Origin: Candidatus Nomurabacteria bacterium
Lineage (GTDB): Bacteria > Patescibacteriota > Minisyncoccia > Phycocordibacterales > UBA9973
Assembly: GCA_016699085.1 (NCBI GenBank)
Contig: CP064958.1
Location: forward strand, 475,181 to 539,180
DNA length: 64,000 nucleotides
Reading direction: 5' to 3'
The notes beneath the pieces were generated by a model. The model ran no database searches and was not told the DNA's origin. It saw nothing but the letters and a program-made list of their open reading frames with translations. Both the position numbers and the translations under genes were made by a program. Positions 1 through 9,641 of this stretch are shown here, piece by piece; the first letter of the stretch is position 1, and each line of letters opens with the position of its first letter.

Positions 1-555
1 GCAAAGATACAGCATCTTTCTCCGCCACTGATTCATGTGTGTAGTTCGCGATCAATTTTCTTATATCCAGAGTATCATTTCACGATGGTAAGACCAGGCA
101 TAGCACTCTATGGAATCGAACCTGATTATGATTCTGGTATACTGCCAAAATCAATTCATCCAGTGTTAGAGTTAAAAACAAAAGTCGTATATTTTAAAGT
201 TCGTGAACAAGGGGAATTTATTGGCTATGGGAGATCGTATACAATTACAAATATGTACGAACGTTTAGTGACTATTCCTATTGGGTATGCAGATGGATAT
301 CCGCGACGACTATCAAATAAAGGGAAAGTATTAATCCATGGCAAAAAATATCCTGTAGTTGGTCGTATATGTATGGATCAAACAATGGTCTCGCTTGGTG
401 ATGAAGGAGAGGCATATCTCGAAGATACAGTAACATTGATTGGTCACGAAGGAAATGAAACTATCAAAGTTGAAGATATTGCAAGAATAGTTGATACTAC
501 ACCTCATGAAATTACAACTTGTATTTCAAATCGCGTACCAAGGATTTATACTTAA
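1..555 (+). CDS. alr: Alanine racemase, C-terminal portion. The gene begins upstream of the window.
   Basis: Frame 1 is open from base 1. Motifs VRPGIALYGIEP and GRICMDQTMV are typical of the Alr C-terminal beta-domain. Confidence 0.7.
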   Translation, partial: AKIQHLSPPLIHVCSSRSIFLYPEYHFTMVRPGIALYGIEPDYDSGILPKSIHPVLELKTKVVYFKVREQGEFIGYGRSYTITNMYERLVTIPIGYADGYPRRLSNKGKVLIHGKKYPVVGRICMDQTMVSLGDEGEAYLEDTVTLIGHEGNETIKVEDIARIVDTTPHEITTCISNRVPRIYT

Positions 556-591
556 ATTGCAAGGTAGAACTGTATTAGTATATTTACATAT

Positions 592-1473
592 ATGAATGAA
601 CAGGAAATTGAGCAAAGAATAACTGAAATCGAAACTAGTATGACATCTGGGGATTTTTGGTCTGACAAATCAAAAGCGCAGTTGCTTGTTAGGGAACTTC
701 AGGATCTTAAGAACAAGAAAGATGGCGTAAATGGTTTCGATGCGGGTAATACCATTTTCTCTATAGTTTCAGGCGCAGGAGGTGCTGATGCAGAAGATTT
801 TGGCCGAATGCTATTTCTTATGTATATGAAATATTTCCAAAGAAACGGTTTTGCTGCCAAGGTAATTCATGAGAATGCCAATGATCATGGCGGTTATCGT
901 AACATAACTGTTGAAGTTGTTGGCAAGGGCGCCTATGGATTACTCAAGCATGAAAATGGTGTGCATCGGCTCGTACGACTCTCACCATTTAATTCGAAAG
1001 CTAAACGCAATACTAGCTTTGCGCTCGTTGAGTTCATTCCTCAAATTCCAAAAGCACTTATGCCGGAATTACATGAAGGCGATATAGTAATCGAATTTAC
1101 CAAAGCTGGTGGGCCGGGCGGTCAAAATGTGAACAAACGCGAAACGGCAGTCAGAGTTACTCATGCTCCAACGGGGATTACAGTTCATGTACGTGAAGAA
1201 CGTTCACAAGAACAAAATCGTGAACGAGCGTTGGAAATACTTCGCGGCAAACTATGGAAGAAAGCACAAGACGAACAAAAAACATTAGCAGAGAGTTTAC
1301 AGCTAACAAAGGGTACTGATATCGAGTGGGGGAACCAGATTCGTTCGTATGTATTGCATCCCTATAAAATGGTCAAAGATCACCGAACGGACGTGGAAAC
1401 AAGCAATGTTGACAGTGTCCTTAGTGATGGTGAACTTGATGCTTTCATCGAAGCAGAAAAAAAGTTATACTAG
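592..1473 (+). CDS. prfB: Peptide chain release factor 2. A single continuous ORF with no programmed +1 frameshift, and an N-terminally shortened domain 1.
   Basis: GGQ motif (GGPGGQNVNK). SPF tripeptide (RLSPFNS) specific for RF2. Overall collinearity with RF2. Confidence 0.85.
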   Translation: MNEQEIEQRITEIETSMTSGDFWSDKSKAQLLVRELQDLKNKKDGVNGFDAGNTIFSIVSGAGGADAEDFGRMLFLMYMKYFQRNGFAAKVIHENANDHGGYRNITVEVVGKGAYGLLKHENGVHRLVRLSPFNSKAKRNTSFALVEFIPQIPKALMPELHEGDIVIEFTKAGGPGGQNVNKRETAVRVTHAPTGITVHVREERSQEQNRERALEILRGKLWKKAQDEQKTLAESLQLTKGTDIEWGNQIRSYVLHPYKMVKDHRTDVETSNVDSVLSDGELDAFIEAEKKLY

Positions 1474-1482
1474 GGATATTGC

Positions 1483-2166
1483 ATGATTAACTTCAATAGT
1501 GTTACTAAGCTATATCCCGGTGCCAAAGAGCCATCACTTGCTAATATTGATTTGGCTATTGCTGAAGGTGAATTTGTCTCGATTGTAGGGCATTCGGGTG
1601 CTGGGAAAACGACCCTTACAAAGCTCATACTAGCTGAAGAGCGTCCGACTGAGGGGTCAGTTTTTTTTGAATCAAAAAATATTCACGAGCTTAAAAGTCG
1701 TGCGATTACGGGTTTGCGTCGCCAAATCGGCGTTGTGTTTCAGGATTTTCGCCTGTTGCCCAATAAGACTGCATATGAAAACATCGCTTTTGCCATGGAG
1801 GCAGCTGGTAAAACAGACGAAGATATAGCTTCAGATGTGCCACATGTGCTTGAGCTTGTTGATCTTGGAAATAAAATATTTAGTTTTCCACACCAACTCT
1901 CGGGTGGTGAGAAACAGCGACTTGCTATTGCTCGAGCTATTATTAATCAGCCAGATGTTATCATTGCAGATGAACCGACTGGAAATTTGGACCCGATTAA
2001 TACATACGAAGTGGTACAGATTTTAAAAAAGATTAACGATCTTGGCACCACAGTACTTTTGACGACTCACAATCGTGGTGTTATTGAATCAATCGGTAGA
2101 CGTGTAGTTACACTTGAGAAAGGCCGGATTGTTAGAGATGACAAAGATGGGAGATATAGCATGTAA
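1483..2166 (+). CDS. ftsE: Cell division ABC transporter ATP-binding protein FtsE
   Basis: Walker A GHSGAGKTT, signature LSGGEKQR, Walker B IIADEP. Size of 227 aa and position upstream of ftsX. Confidence 0.85.
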   Translation: MINFNSVTKLYPGAKEPSLANIDLAIAEGEFVSIVGHSGAGKTTLTKLILAEERPTEGSVFFESKNIHELKSRAITGLRRQIGVVFQDFRLLPNKTAYENIAFAMEAAGKTDEDIASDVPHVLELVDLGNKIFSFPHQLSGGEKQRLAIARAIINQPDVIIADEPTGNLDPINTYEVVQILKKINDLGTTVLLTTHNRGVIESIGRRVVTLEKGRIVRDDKDGRYSM

Positions 2167-2186
2167 TTTTTATTTTTTTAATATAT

Positions 2187-3107
2187 ATGACACTTCTAGA
2201 TATAAAACGTATTATCCGATCTGGCTTCATAAGCTTTTGGCGAAATGGCATTGTCTCTGTCGCATCGCTCCTGGTGACAACGATTACACTTTCAGTTATT
2301 GCAGGACTTATTCTACTCCAAGCCGTGCTACATATTTCGCTTGAGCAAATTGAGAATAAAGTTGATGTGACCATCTACATGACGACAGGTGCAGCTGAAA
2401 ATAAAATTACCGATATTAAGGCCTCACTTGAACAATTACCTGAAGTCAAAACTGTAACCTATGTTTCAGCAACAGAGGCGCTTGATAATTTTAAAAATCG
2501 TCACCAAGATGATTTCTTGACTTTGCAAGCACTCGAAGAATTGGGGCAAAATCCTCTTGGTGCAACACTCAATGTCAAAGCCAAAGACCCTTCGCAATAT
2601 GAAAGTATAGCCAAGTTTCTAGATACAGAACAAGCTAAGCCAGACGCAGGTGGTGTCATTGATAAAATTAATTATCATCAAAACAAGATTGTTATTGACA
2701 GACTCAATTCGATTATTGCAGGCGCTCGAGAATTGGGCTTACTGCTCACGATCGTTTTTGTAGCCATTTCAATTATCATTACCTTTACGACTATTCGGTT
2801 AACGATATACTTTACGCGTGAAGAAATTGGAGTTATGCGACTTGTCGGTGCAGAAAACAAGTATATTCGTGGTCCATTTATGGTTGAGGGTATTTTATAT
2901 GGCACCATTGCCTCAATTTTGACTATAGTAGCGTTTTTGCCACTGACGTATTGGTTGGGAAGGAATATGACTGAGTTTCTCGGTATGAACTTATTTGATT
3001 ATTTCATCCGTAACCTGCTTCAAGTTTTTGCCATTGTCTTAGTTTCTGGTATACTCTTGGGAGCAATTTCAAGTTTTCTAGCAGTTAGAAAGTATTTAAG
3101 AAAATAA
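2187..3107 (+). CDS. ftsX: Cell division permease FtsX
   Basis: Adjacent to ftsE. N-terminal TM, periplasmic domain, three C-terminal TM helices, 306 aa. Confidence 0.75.
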   Translation: MTLLDIKRIIRSGFISFWRNGIVSVASLLVTTITLSVIAGLILLQAVLHISLEQIENKVDVTIYMTTGAAENKITDIKASLEQLPEVKTVTYVSATEALDNFKNRHQDDFLTLQALEELGQNPLGATLNVKAKDPSQYESIAKFLDTEQAKPDAGGVIDKINYHQNKIVIDRLNSIIAGARELGLLLTIVFVAISIIITFTTIRLTIYFTREEIGVMRLVGAENKYIRGPFMVEGILYGTIASILTIVAFLPLTYWLGRNMTEFLGMNLFDYFIRNLLQVFAIVLVSGILLGAISSFLAVRKYLRK

Positions 3108-3119
3108 TCTATTTAGCCT

Positions 3120-4790
3120 ATGCGGAGCAAACAAGCAAAATATATTTTTGTGGTGGGGGGAGTTATATCCGGAGTTGGGAAAGGTGTCACTGCCTCCTCA
3201 ATTGGTAAGATTCTCCAAGACCGCGGGCTTACCGTTACAGCAATAAAGATTGATCCTTACGTTAATGTCGACGCTGGGACTATGAATCCCACCGAGCATG
3301 GTGAGGTTTTTGTTTTACATGATGGTGATGAGACTGATCAAGATATGGGCAACTATGAGCGATTTCTGAATACGACACTTTCGCGTGTTAATTACATGAC
3401 AACAGGGCGAGTATATCAAAGCGTTATTGCACGAGAGCGAAATCTTGAGTATGGAGGCAAATGTGTAGAAGTTGTGCCACATGTGCCAATGGAGATCATT
3501 GCTCGTATTACCGAAGCTTCAAAACAAGCGGATGCTGATGTCACAATCGTAGAAGTAGGCGGCACTGTTGGTGAATATCAAAATGTGCTTTTTCTAGAAG
3601 CAGCACGCATGATGAAAATCAAATACCCAAAAGATGTTGCATTTGTCATGGTCTCGTATTTACCTATACCGTCAAAAGTTGGTGAAATGAAGACAAAACC
3701 GACACAGTATGCGATTAGGACGTTGAATGCTTCTGGAATTTTGCCTGATGTTATTGTTGCGCGTGCAGAAAAACCACTTGATGCAAAACGCAAAGAGAAA
3801 TTGGCATTCTCATGCAATGTGCCTACCGATCATATTATTTCAGCACCTGATGTTGACTCAATATATGATGTGCCGATTAATTTTGAGAAAGAAGGTTTAA
3901 GTACACTCTTTTGCGATATGCTTGATATTGTTTGTCGTAAGCCTGCAATTGATACTGTTAAAAAGTGGAAGAAAATTGTCCAGACTATTCATCATACTAA
4001 AGACGAAGTACACATTGCTATGATTGGGAAATATTTTGATACAGGTGATTTTACACTTTCTGATTCGTATCTTTCCGTAATAGAAGCGATTAAATTTTCT
4101 GCATATGCGGTGGGTAAAAAACCAATTTTAAGCTGGATCAATGCGTTAGATTTTGAAGGTCCAGGTGGCAAAGCCAAGCTCAAGAATCTCAAACATTATG
4201 ATGGGATTATTGTGCCGGGCGGTTTTGGTGCGAGAGGAATCGAAGGGATACTGGCAGCTATTACATTTGCACGTCTAAATGCTATCCCATATTTTGGGCT
4301 TTGTTATGGCATGCAGCTTATGGTTATCGAATATGCACGTAACGTACTAAAGCTAAAAGATGCAACCTCACGGGAAATTAATCCATCAAGCAGACATTTA
4401 GTCATAGACATAATGCCTGAACAAATTGAGAAACTCGCTAAGAAACAGTTTGGCAATACTATGCGGCTTGGAGACTATGATGCTTTACTTGCAAAGGGAA
4501 CGATTGCGCACAAAGCGTATGGTACAGAAAAAATTACTGAACGTCATAGACATCGTTATGAAGTTAGTAGGGAATATATCAATGCTCTTGAAACTGCTGG
4601 TCTTGTATTTTCTGGCACATCACCTGACGGTAAGCTTATGGAGATTGCGGAGCTAAGTACGAAATCACATCCGTTTTTCTTAGGTACACAGTTCCACCCA
4701 GAGTTTCTTGCTCGTCCGCTCTATCCGCATAAACTATTTACTGCATTTATTAAGGCGGCGTATAGTCGTCGGCAGCAAAATAGAAAGTAG
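3120..4790 (+). CDS. pyrG: CTP synthase
   Basis: N-terminal synthetase domain (KYIFVVGGVISGVGKG). C-terminal class I glutamine amidotransferase (GLCYGMQL, HPEF). Confidence 0.95.
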   Translation: MRSKQAKYIFVVGGVISGVGKGVTASSIGKILQDRGLTVTAIKIDPYVNVDAGTMNPTEHGEVFVLHDGDETDQDMGNYERFLNTTLSRVNYMTTGRVYQSVIARERNLEYGGKCVEVVPHVPMEIIARITEASKQADADVTIVEVGGTVGEYQNVLFLEAARMMKIKYPKDVAFVMVSYLPIPSKVGEMKTKPTQYAIRTLNASGILPDVIVARAEKPLDAKRKEKLAFSCNVPTDHIISAPDVDSIYDVPINFEKEGLSTLFCDMLDIVCRKPAIDTVKKWKKIVQTIHHTKDEVHIAMIGKYFDTGDFTLSDSYLSVIEAIKFSAYAVGKKPILSWINALDFEGPGGKAKLKNLKHYDGIIVPGGFGARGIEGILAAITFARLNAIPYFGLCYGMQLMVIEYARNVLKLKDATSREINPSSRHLVIDIMPEQIEKLAKKQFGNTMRLGDYDALLAKGTIAHKAYGTEKITERHRHRYEVSREYINALETAGLVFSGTSPDGKLMEIAELSTKSHPFFLGTQFHPEFLARPLYPHKLFTAFIKAAYSRRQQNRK

Positions 4791-4817
4791 TAGAGTATCG
4801 TAATTTAAGTTTAATTC

Positions 4818-5381
4818 TTATCTAAGGATATAGTATTTTTCCTTGATCCATACAGCAATAAAAGTGCCAATCAATACACTGATCCAAACAAGGAGAATTT
4901 GCTGTAACGCTTCTGCCTCTCGATTCTCTGTTTCTGCTAATGATCGCCCCGCAAGTACATAGCCTGATACTTTCTCAGCAGTAAAAGGTAATACAATAAT
5001 CGCTTCGCGAATACCCACTGTTGGTTCCCAGGTGATACGGTTTTCTCCATGTGTCTTAGTGTATTCAAAGATATCAGAAGGGGGAATCGGCAGTACACCT
5101 TTAATATTCCCTGATCCAACAATTGGTTTGCCTTTGTCATCATAGACAATGACAAACGGTGCAATGCTTGTCTCAAGTGGTATGCTTGTTCCTGCCACAA
5201 ATACATCTGGTTTCGCTCCGTGTTCAAGTGCAAAGACTGTATCTTTTGCGATCTGTATTTGAGGGTCATTAGCACTTTGTCTTAATTGCTGTTGAATAAC
5301 GATATATATACCAGCTAGTATGAGGGTTATACATACAGCAAACGGTAGCCATGAAAGTAGTGTCCTTTTTATTGGTTTCAT
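4818..5381 (-). CDS. Hypothetical membrane-anchored protein
   Basis: 187-aa ORF with an N-terminal TM segment. No recognisable family. Confidence 0.45.
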   Translation of the reverse strand: MKPIKRTLLSWLPFAVCITLILAGIYIVIQQQLRQSANDPQIQIAKDTVFALEHGAKPDVFVAGTSIPLETSIAPFVIVYDDKGKPIVGSGNIKGVLPIPPSDIFEYTKTHGENRITWEPTVGIREAIIVLPFTAEKVSGYVLAGRSLAETENREAEALQQILLVWISVLIGTFIAVWIKEKYYILR

Positions 5382-5405
5382 AAGTACATACTAACGTACT
5401 ATATG

Positions 5406-5459
5406 CATATAGCAAACAAAAATACACCAGTTAACTGGCGTATTTTTGTTTGCTATATG
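5406..5459. repeat. Perfect-arm 27+27-nt palindrome with zero loop and a single A/C mismatch
   Basis: Sequence catatagcaaacaaaaatacaccagtt / aactggcgtatttttgtttgctatatg. It lies between the stop of the small lmo0937-like gene and the start of the 4818..5381 gene. Confidence 0.8.
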
Positions 5460-5469
5460 GAGGGAACAA

Positions 5470-5622
5470 TTATTTTATTGGATTCTCGCCTCGAATGACA
5501 CGAACTAAAAATATGATAACTGCAGCAATTAAAAGGATGTGAATATACCAACCAATGGTGTAGAGACCCACAATACCTAGTAGCCATAAGATTAAAAGAA
5601 TGACCCCGATTGTTATAAGCAT
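5470..5622 (-). CDS. Small membrane protein of the Lmo0937 family (50 aa). Not in the ORF track because it is below 60 aa.
   Basis: Translation MLITIGVILLILWLLGIVGLYTIGWYIHILLIAAVIIFLVRVIRGENPIK. Pattern matches Lmo0937-family peptides. Confidence 0.45.
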   Translation of the reverse strand: MLITIGVILLILWLLGIVGLYTIGWYIHILLIAAVIIFLVRVIRGENPIK

Positions 5623-5654
5623 AATATTATATTTAATTATTTTTTTTAATAAAG

Positions 5655-6047
5655 TTATTTCTTGCTTGATTTCTTTTTCGCCGAACTTGTTGCTTTTACA
5701 CTTTTCTTCACTTTCTTTGCTGATTTGGCAATATGCTGCCAGTCTTCTTTAAGATTTTTGACGTAGGCTGCAAGTTCGCTCTTATCAACAGACTGCGCAG
5801 TTGCGTATGCTTTTGCAGCACCGTCAATTATTTTTTGATAGATTGGTTCACTTACTTCCTGTAAATTTTCTAATTTTTCACCAATTTCGCCTTTCATTTT
5901 GACCATCCAGCTTTTTATCTTCTTTTGGTTTGTCTTGCCACTTGGCCCTAAGAGAAAATAACTTGCAACAGCTAAAGCTGCAACTCCTGCGCCCATAGCG
6001 ATCATCTTACCTCCATTCCCACTAGAAACTTTTGATACTTTTTTCAT
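5655..6047 (-). CDS. YtxH-like general stress protein with a Lys-rich C-terminus
   Basis: N-terminal TM and coiled-coil. Resembles the YtxH family. Adjacent to a DUF948-like gene, as in the ytxG/ytxH arrangement. Confidence 0.5.
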   Translation of the reverse strand: MKKVSKVSSGNGGKMIAMGAGVAALAVASYFLLGPSGKTNQKKIKSWMVKMKGEIGEKLENLQEVSEPIYQKIIDGAAKAYATAQSVDKSELAAYVKNLKEDWQHIAKSAKKVKKSVKATSSAKKKSSKK

Positions 6048-6092
6048 AATAAGCTGTGTTTGTTAAATTGATAATTCAATAAATACTAACGT

Positions 6093-6362
6093 TTAACTTT
6101 CTGTTCCGTGACGTTTCTGTGAAGCCTTCTTACTTCTGTGGAAAAATAATGTGAATACTTTACTCATTCGTATGTCAGTTAGCATGTCTTGTATGTAGGC
6201 ATTAGTTCCGGTTACTTCTTTGGTTAGCATATCGAGTAGCTTGTTTGCTTTCGATACAGTGGCCAATACGTATATGATGCCTATTAAAATAAAAATAGTC
6301 AGTAAAATAACCGAAATTGTGGTTATAAAGAAAAATATATCTGCTTTTACAATTGTTTCCAT
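6093..6362 (-). CDS. DUF948/YtxG-like small membrane protein
   Basis: 89 aa with an N-terminal TM and a helical C-terminus. Synteny with the YtxH-like gene. Confidence 0.4.
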   Translation of the reverse strand: METIVKADIFFFITTISVILLTIFILIGIIYVLATVSKANKLLDMLTKEVTGTNAYIQDMLTDIRMSKVFTLFFHRSKKASQKRHGTES

Positions 6363-6556
6363 GATAAGTATTTTACGGCGAATCTTTACTTCTGTGTCAT
6401 CTTGACTACTCTTTAGTGTACCATGTTTATCTATATGTATAGTTACCGAAAGACTATTTTATATTACGATTCAAAATCAATATTGTGAGTATGAAGACTA
6501 AAATACAATATTGACATATTAAAATATATAGCATAGTCTGAAAGAAAAAACTGAAT

Positions 6557-7438
6557 ATGAAAGCGATATTTTTGTTTGTAGCATCTGTACTCCCTAGGAT
6601 CATCTTTGGGCAAACAGTTGTAGACTTTACTGCTTACTATCCGAGCGCTCATGATGCGTATCGTGGTAATGATAAATTTGTCAAAGCCTCGCTAAGTTCT
6701 TTTATTGACGCAAAAGAATTGGATGAATTGGTAGCTAGAAGAAATACATTTAGTGAAAAAGATTTTTATATTGAATGTATTAAAGCGTATAGCAACCATA
6801 CATTTACCAATAACTTTAGAATTTTACACTATCAAACATTTAAAGATAGTGTACTAAAGTATGCTGCAGTATTAGGATATAGCGAGACAAGTATCAAGAA
6901 ATTATCTATCCATGATCTTGTACTATTATCCGGACTCATTACTTCATCGCGTCTATACTATGATGATCACTATGATCCATCTGTAAGCTTTGAATATTAT
7001 AATAAGTTTTACCCAGATGAACTATTACAGAAGAAGACTGTTGTATGTACTCAGTTTGCATTTTTGAACCTATCGATTTTCTATGTACTCAAAAATCACA
7101 ATGACAATGCAAATGGTACCTATATGTCTGCGTATAGTATTGATTCACATGTGTTTAATAAAGTGATTTCGCTTGATGGAGATGGATTCATTATTTCGTA
7201 TGTTGATCCAGCGCAGTTATATATGTATGAAGTTTCACTACAGACATATCTAAACCCGACTAAAGAAAAAGCGCTACTGGCTACTGCAGGAAATATAGGA
7301 ACAAAAGAAGAGCGAGAGTATGCAGAAAAAGTTAAAATTGAGCGTGAAAAAGCTTACTCAACGCGTACACAAATTGACCACAATCCAAATCTTATGCATA
7401 TGCTTAAAAGTCATACAGCAATAATATTTAAAAAATAA
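6557..7438 (+). CDS. Secreted hypothetical protein, possibly a transglutaminase-like cysteine hydrolase fold
   Basis: Signal peptide. Candidate Cys (VVCTQFAF), His and Asp (DSHVFNKVISLDGDGFIISYVDP) spaced as in the transglutaminase-like core. Confidence 0.4.
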   Translation: MKAIFLFVASVLPRIIFGQTVVDFTAYYPSAHDAYRGNDKFVKASLSSFIDAKELDELVARRNTFSEKDFYIECIKAYSNHTFTNNFRILHYQTFKDSVLKYAAVLGYSETSIKKLSIHDLVLLSGLITSSRLYYDDHYDPSVSFEYYNKFYPDELLQKKTVVCTQFAFLNLSIFYVLKNHNDNANGTYMSAYSIDSHVFNKVISLDGDGFIISYVDPAQLYMYEVSLQTYLNPTKEKALLATAGNIGTKEEREYAEKVKIEREKAYSTRTQIDHNPNLMHMLKSHTAIIFKK

Positions 7439-7560
7439 CAAAAACAAACCCAAGGAAGCTTGGGTTTTATTACTAAATACCAATACACACGGATACTTTG
7501 CACCGCTGCCTGTACAGCGCTCTAGTGTGGTATAATTCATTTGTAGATACTACAGCTATT

Positions 7561-8148
7561 ATGTACACACCTTTTGCTGAGAGAACTCATGAAGAAATGA
7601 AAGATGTGCTTATGTATCCTGAGGCAATAGGGCCTCAGGTTCATTACTATATGATTCGTGGTGGTACTGACAAGACAAATGTTACTATTTTGGAGAATGG
7701 TACCGTTGGTGGTGAATATATTAAAGCCTATGGTCACTACCATGCATATCCATTTATAGAGACCTATACCATAGTCAGCGGTGAGGGTATTTTACTCCTT
7801 CAAACGAGGAAAAAAGATGCACAGGGTAAATTCATCGATGATAGCATTGAATCAATTTCTGCGACATTCGTGGCGGCCGGCGATACGATTAAAATACCAG
7901 AGGACTGTGGGCACTTATTAGTAAATATCGGCTCACACTGGCTTGTTACTATCGATGATAGTCCAGTTAATCTTACAGAGACAAATGCCGTTAAAGCTCC
8001 GAGTCATGCTGATTATGAGCCAATGCGCAGGCTCCGTGGATTTGCTTATTACGTCATTGAAGAAAATGGCAAGCCAATTTTTGTTAAAAACCCAATGTAT
8101 ACAGAGGTACCGCCGATTACTATTTTTTCGAGAAAAGAAACTCATTAA
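7561..8148 (+). CDS. Cupin-type (archaeal-type) glucose-6-phosphate isomerase
   Basis: GHYHAYPFIETYTIVSGEGILLLQT and YVIEENGKPIFVKNPMY align closely with the Pyrococcus/Thermococcus cPGI signatures TKGHFHA..AEVY..GGMLLQT and IVIEENGEVKVVDNPRW. Confidence 0.75.
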   Translation: MYTPFAERTHEEMKDVLMYPEAIGPQVHYYMIRGGTDKTNVTILENGTVGGEYIKAYGHYHAYPFIETYTIVSGEGILLLQTRKKDAQGKFIDDSIESISATFVAAGDTIKIPEDCGHLLVNIGSHWLVTIDDSPVNLTETNAVKAPSHADYEPMRRLRGFAYYVIEENGKPIFVKNPMYTEVPPITIFSRKETH

Positions 8149-8151
8149 TCT

Positions 8152-9636
8152 ATGTTTACAACTACTAAAAAGAAAAAATTGAATATTCTCTTTGTTGGGT
8201 CAGAGGCTGTGCCATTCGTCAAAGTTGGTGGCTTAGCAGAAATATTATCGACATTACCGCTTGCACTTCGTGACTTGGATTATGATGTGCGAGTTATGAT
8301 ACCGAAATATGCAATCATTGATGAAAAAGAGTTTCCAATGGAAACGATTGTTAGTCAGCTAGAAGTACCGAACAAGACAGATGAAGCCATCATCTGCAAT
8401 ATCAAGGAATATGTCAGTGACAATGGCATGGTCAATTACTTTCTTGAGAATCAAGAATTTTTTGAAAAACGTGGCAGTGTGTATGGGTATGATGATGATC
8501 CTTCTAGGTGGGCATTGTTAGCTCGCGGCGCAATAGAATTTGTTCGTACCTATGAGAAGTGGCGCCCAAGCATTATTGTTGCCAATGATTGGCAAGGCGG
8601 ACTCATTCCTAATTATATGCAAGCCGAATATAAAGATGATCCGGTTATGCGAGAAATCGCATCAGTCTTTGTTATTCATAATATTTATTATCAAGGGATA
8701 CTCAACCACAAGCATATTAGCGAATTAGAATATGATGATGGGCAAACAATAATCCCAGCAATTTCTGATCCAGCAATTTGTAAACTTAATTTTATGCGAC
8801 GTGGGATTCGCTATGCGGATGTGATTAATACTGTCTCACCAACCTATGCTCGAGAAATTACAACACCAGAGTATGGGGAACTCCTAGACCCGTTACTCCA
8901 AGAGAGGCGTTCTCGATTGTTCGGTATTTTAAACGGGCTTAATTATGATATTTATAATCCAGAAACGAATCCCTATGTGGAATATCCTTACACTGAGAAA
9001 AATTTATCTGAACGTAAAAAGAATAAGAAAATATTACAACAAAAGTTTAATCTTGATGGTCGTCCTGATGTGTTTGTAGTCGCAATCGTCTCGCGATTGA
9101 CGAAGCAGAAGGGACTTGATCTTGTCCTTGAAACTATTGAGCCGCTTTTAGATAATTACGACTTTCAATTCATTGTGCTTGGTTCTGGTGATTCAAAGTA
9201 CATGTCATTCTTTGAAGAGCTCGATAAGAAATATCCACAAGTTGCAACACATCTCTCTTTTGATACTATTTTGCCCCACAGCATTTATGCAGGAGCAGAT
9301 GCAATTCTAATACCGTCCAAGTTTGAGCCATCTGGATTAACCCAAATGGAAGCGATGCGATATGGTGCAATACCGATTGCAAGAAAAATTGGTGGATTAG
9401 CTGATAGTATTGAAGACTATGATCCAGTAGCAAAATCTGGTACTGGATTCCTATTTGACAAGTATGATCCGTATGCATTTTTTGGTGCATTTATACGAGC
9501 CCACGAGACACACAAACACAAAAATCATTGGCAAGATATTCAGCATCATGCAATGCAAGCGAACTTTTCTTGGGAAAAGTCAGCTCAAGAATATGCCAAG
9601 CTTTTTGAGCGAGCGCGTAATCAATTTAATCAATAA
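8152..9636 (+). CDS. glgA: Glycogen synthase (GT5)
   Basis: N-terminal KVGGLAEI motif (K-x-GGL). 494 aa. Collinear with the GlgA family. Confidence 0.9.
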   Translation: MFTTTKKKKLNILFVGSEAVPFVKVGGLAEILSTLPLALRDLDYDVRVMIPKYAIIDEKEFPMETIVSQLEVPNKTDEAIICNIKEYVSDNGMVNYFLENQEFFEKRGSVYGYDDDPSRWALLARGAIEFVRTYEKWRPSIIVANDWQGGLIPNYMQAEYKDDPVMREIASVFVIHNIYYQGILNHKHISELEYDDGQTIIPAISDPAICKLNFMRRGIRYADVINTVSPTYAREITTPEYGELLDPLLQERRSRLFGILNGLNYDIYNPETNPYVEYPYTEKNLSERKKNKKILQQKFNLDGRPDVFVVAIVSRLTKQKGLDLVLETIEPLLDNYDFQFIVLGSGDSKYMSFFEELDKKYPQVATHLSFDTILPHSIYAGADAILIPSKFEPSGLTQMEAMRYGAIPIARKIGGLADSIEDYDPVAKSGTGFLFDKYDPYAFFGAFIRAHETHKHKNHWQDIQHHAMQANFSWEKSAQEYAKLFERARNQFNQ

Positions 9637-9641
9637 CTACG

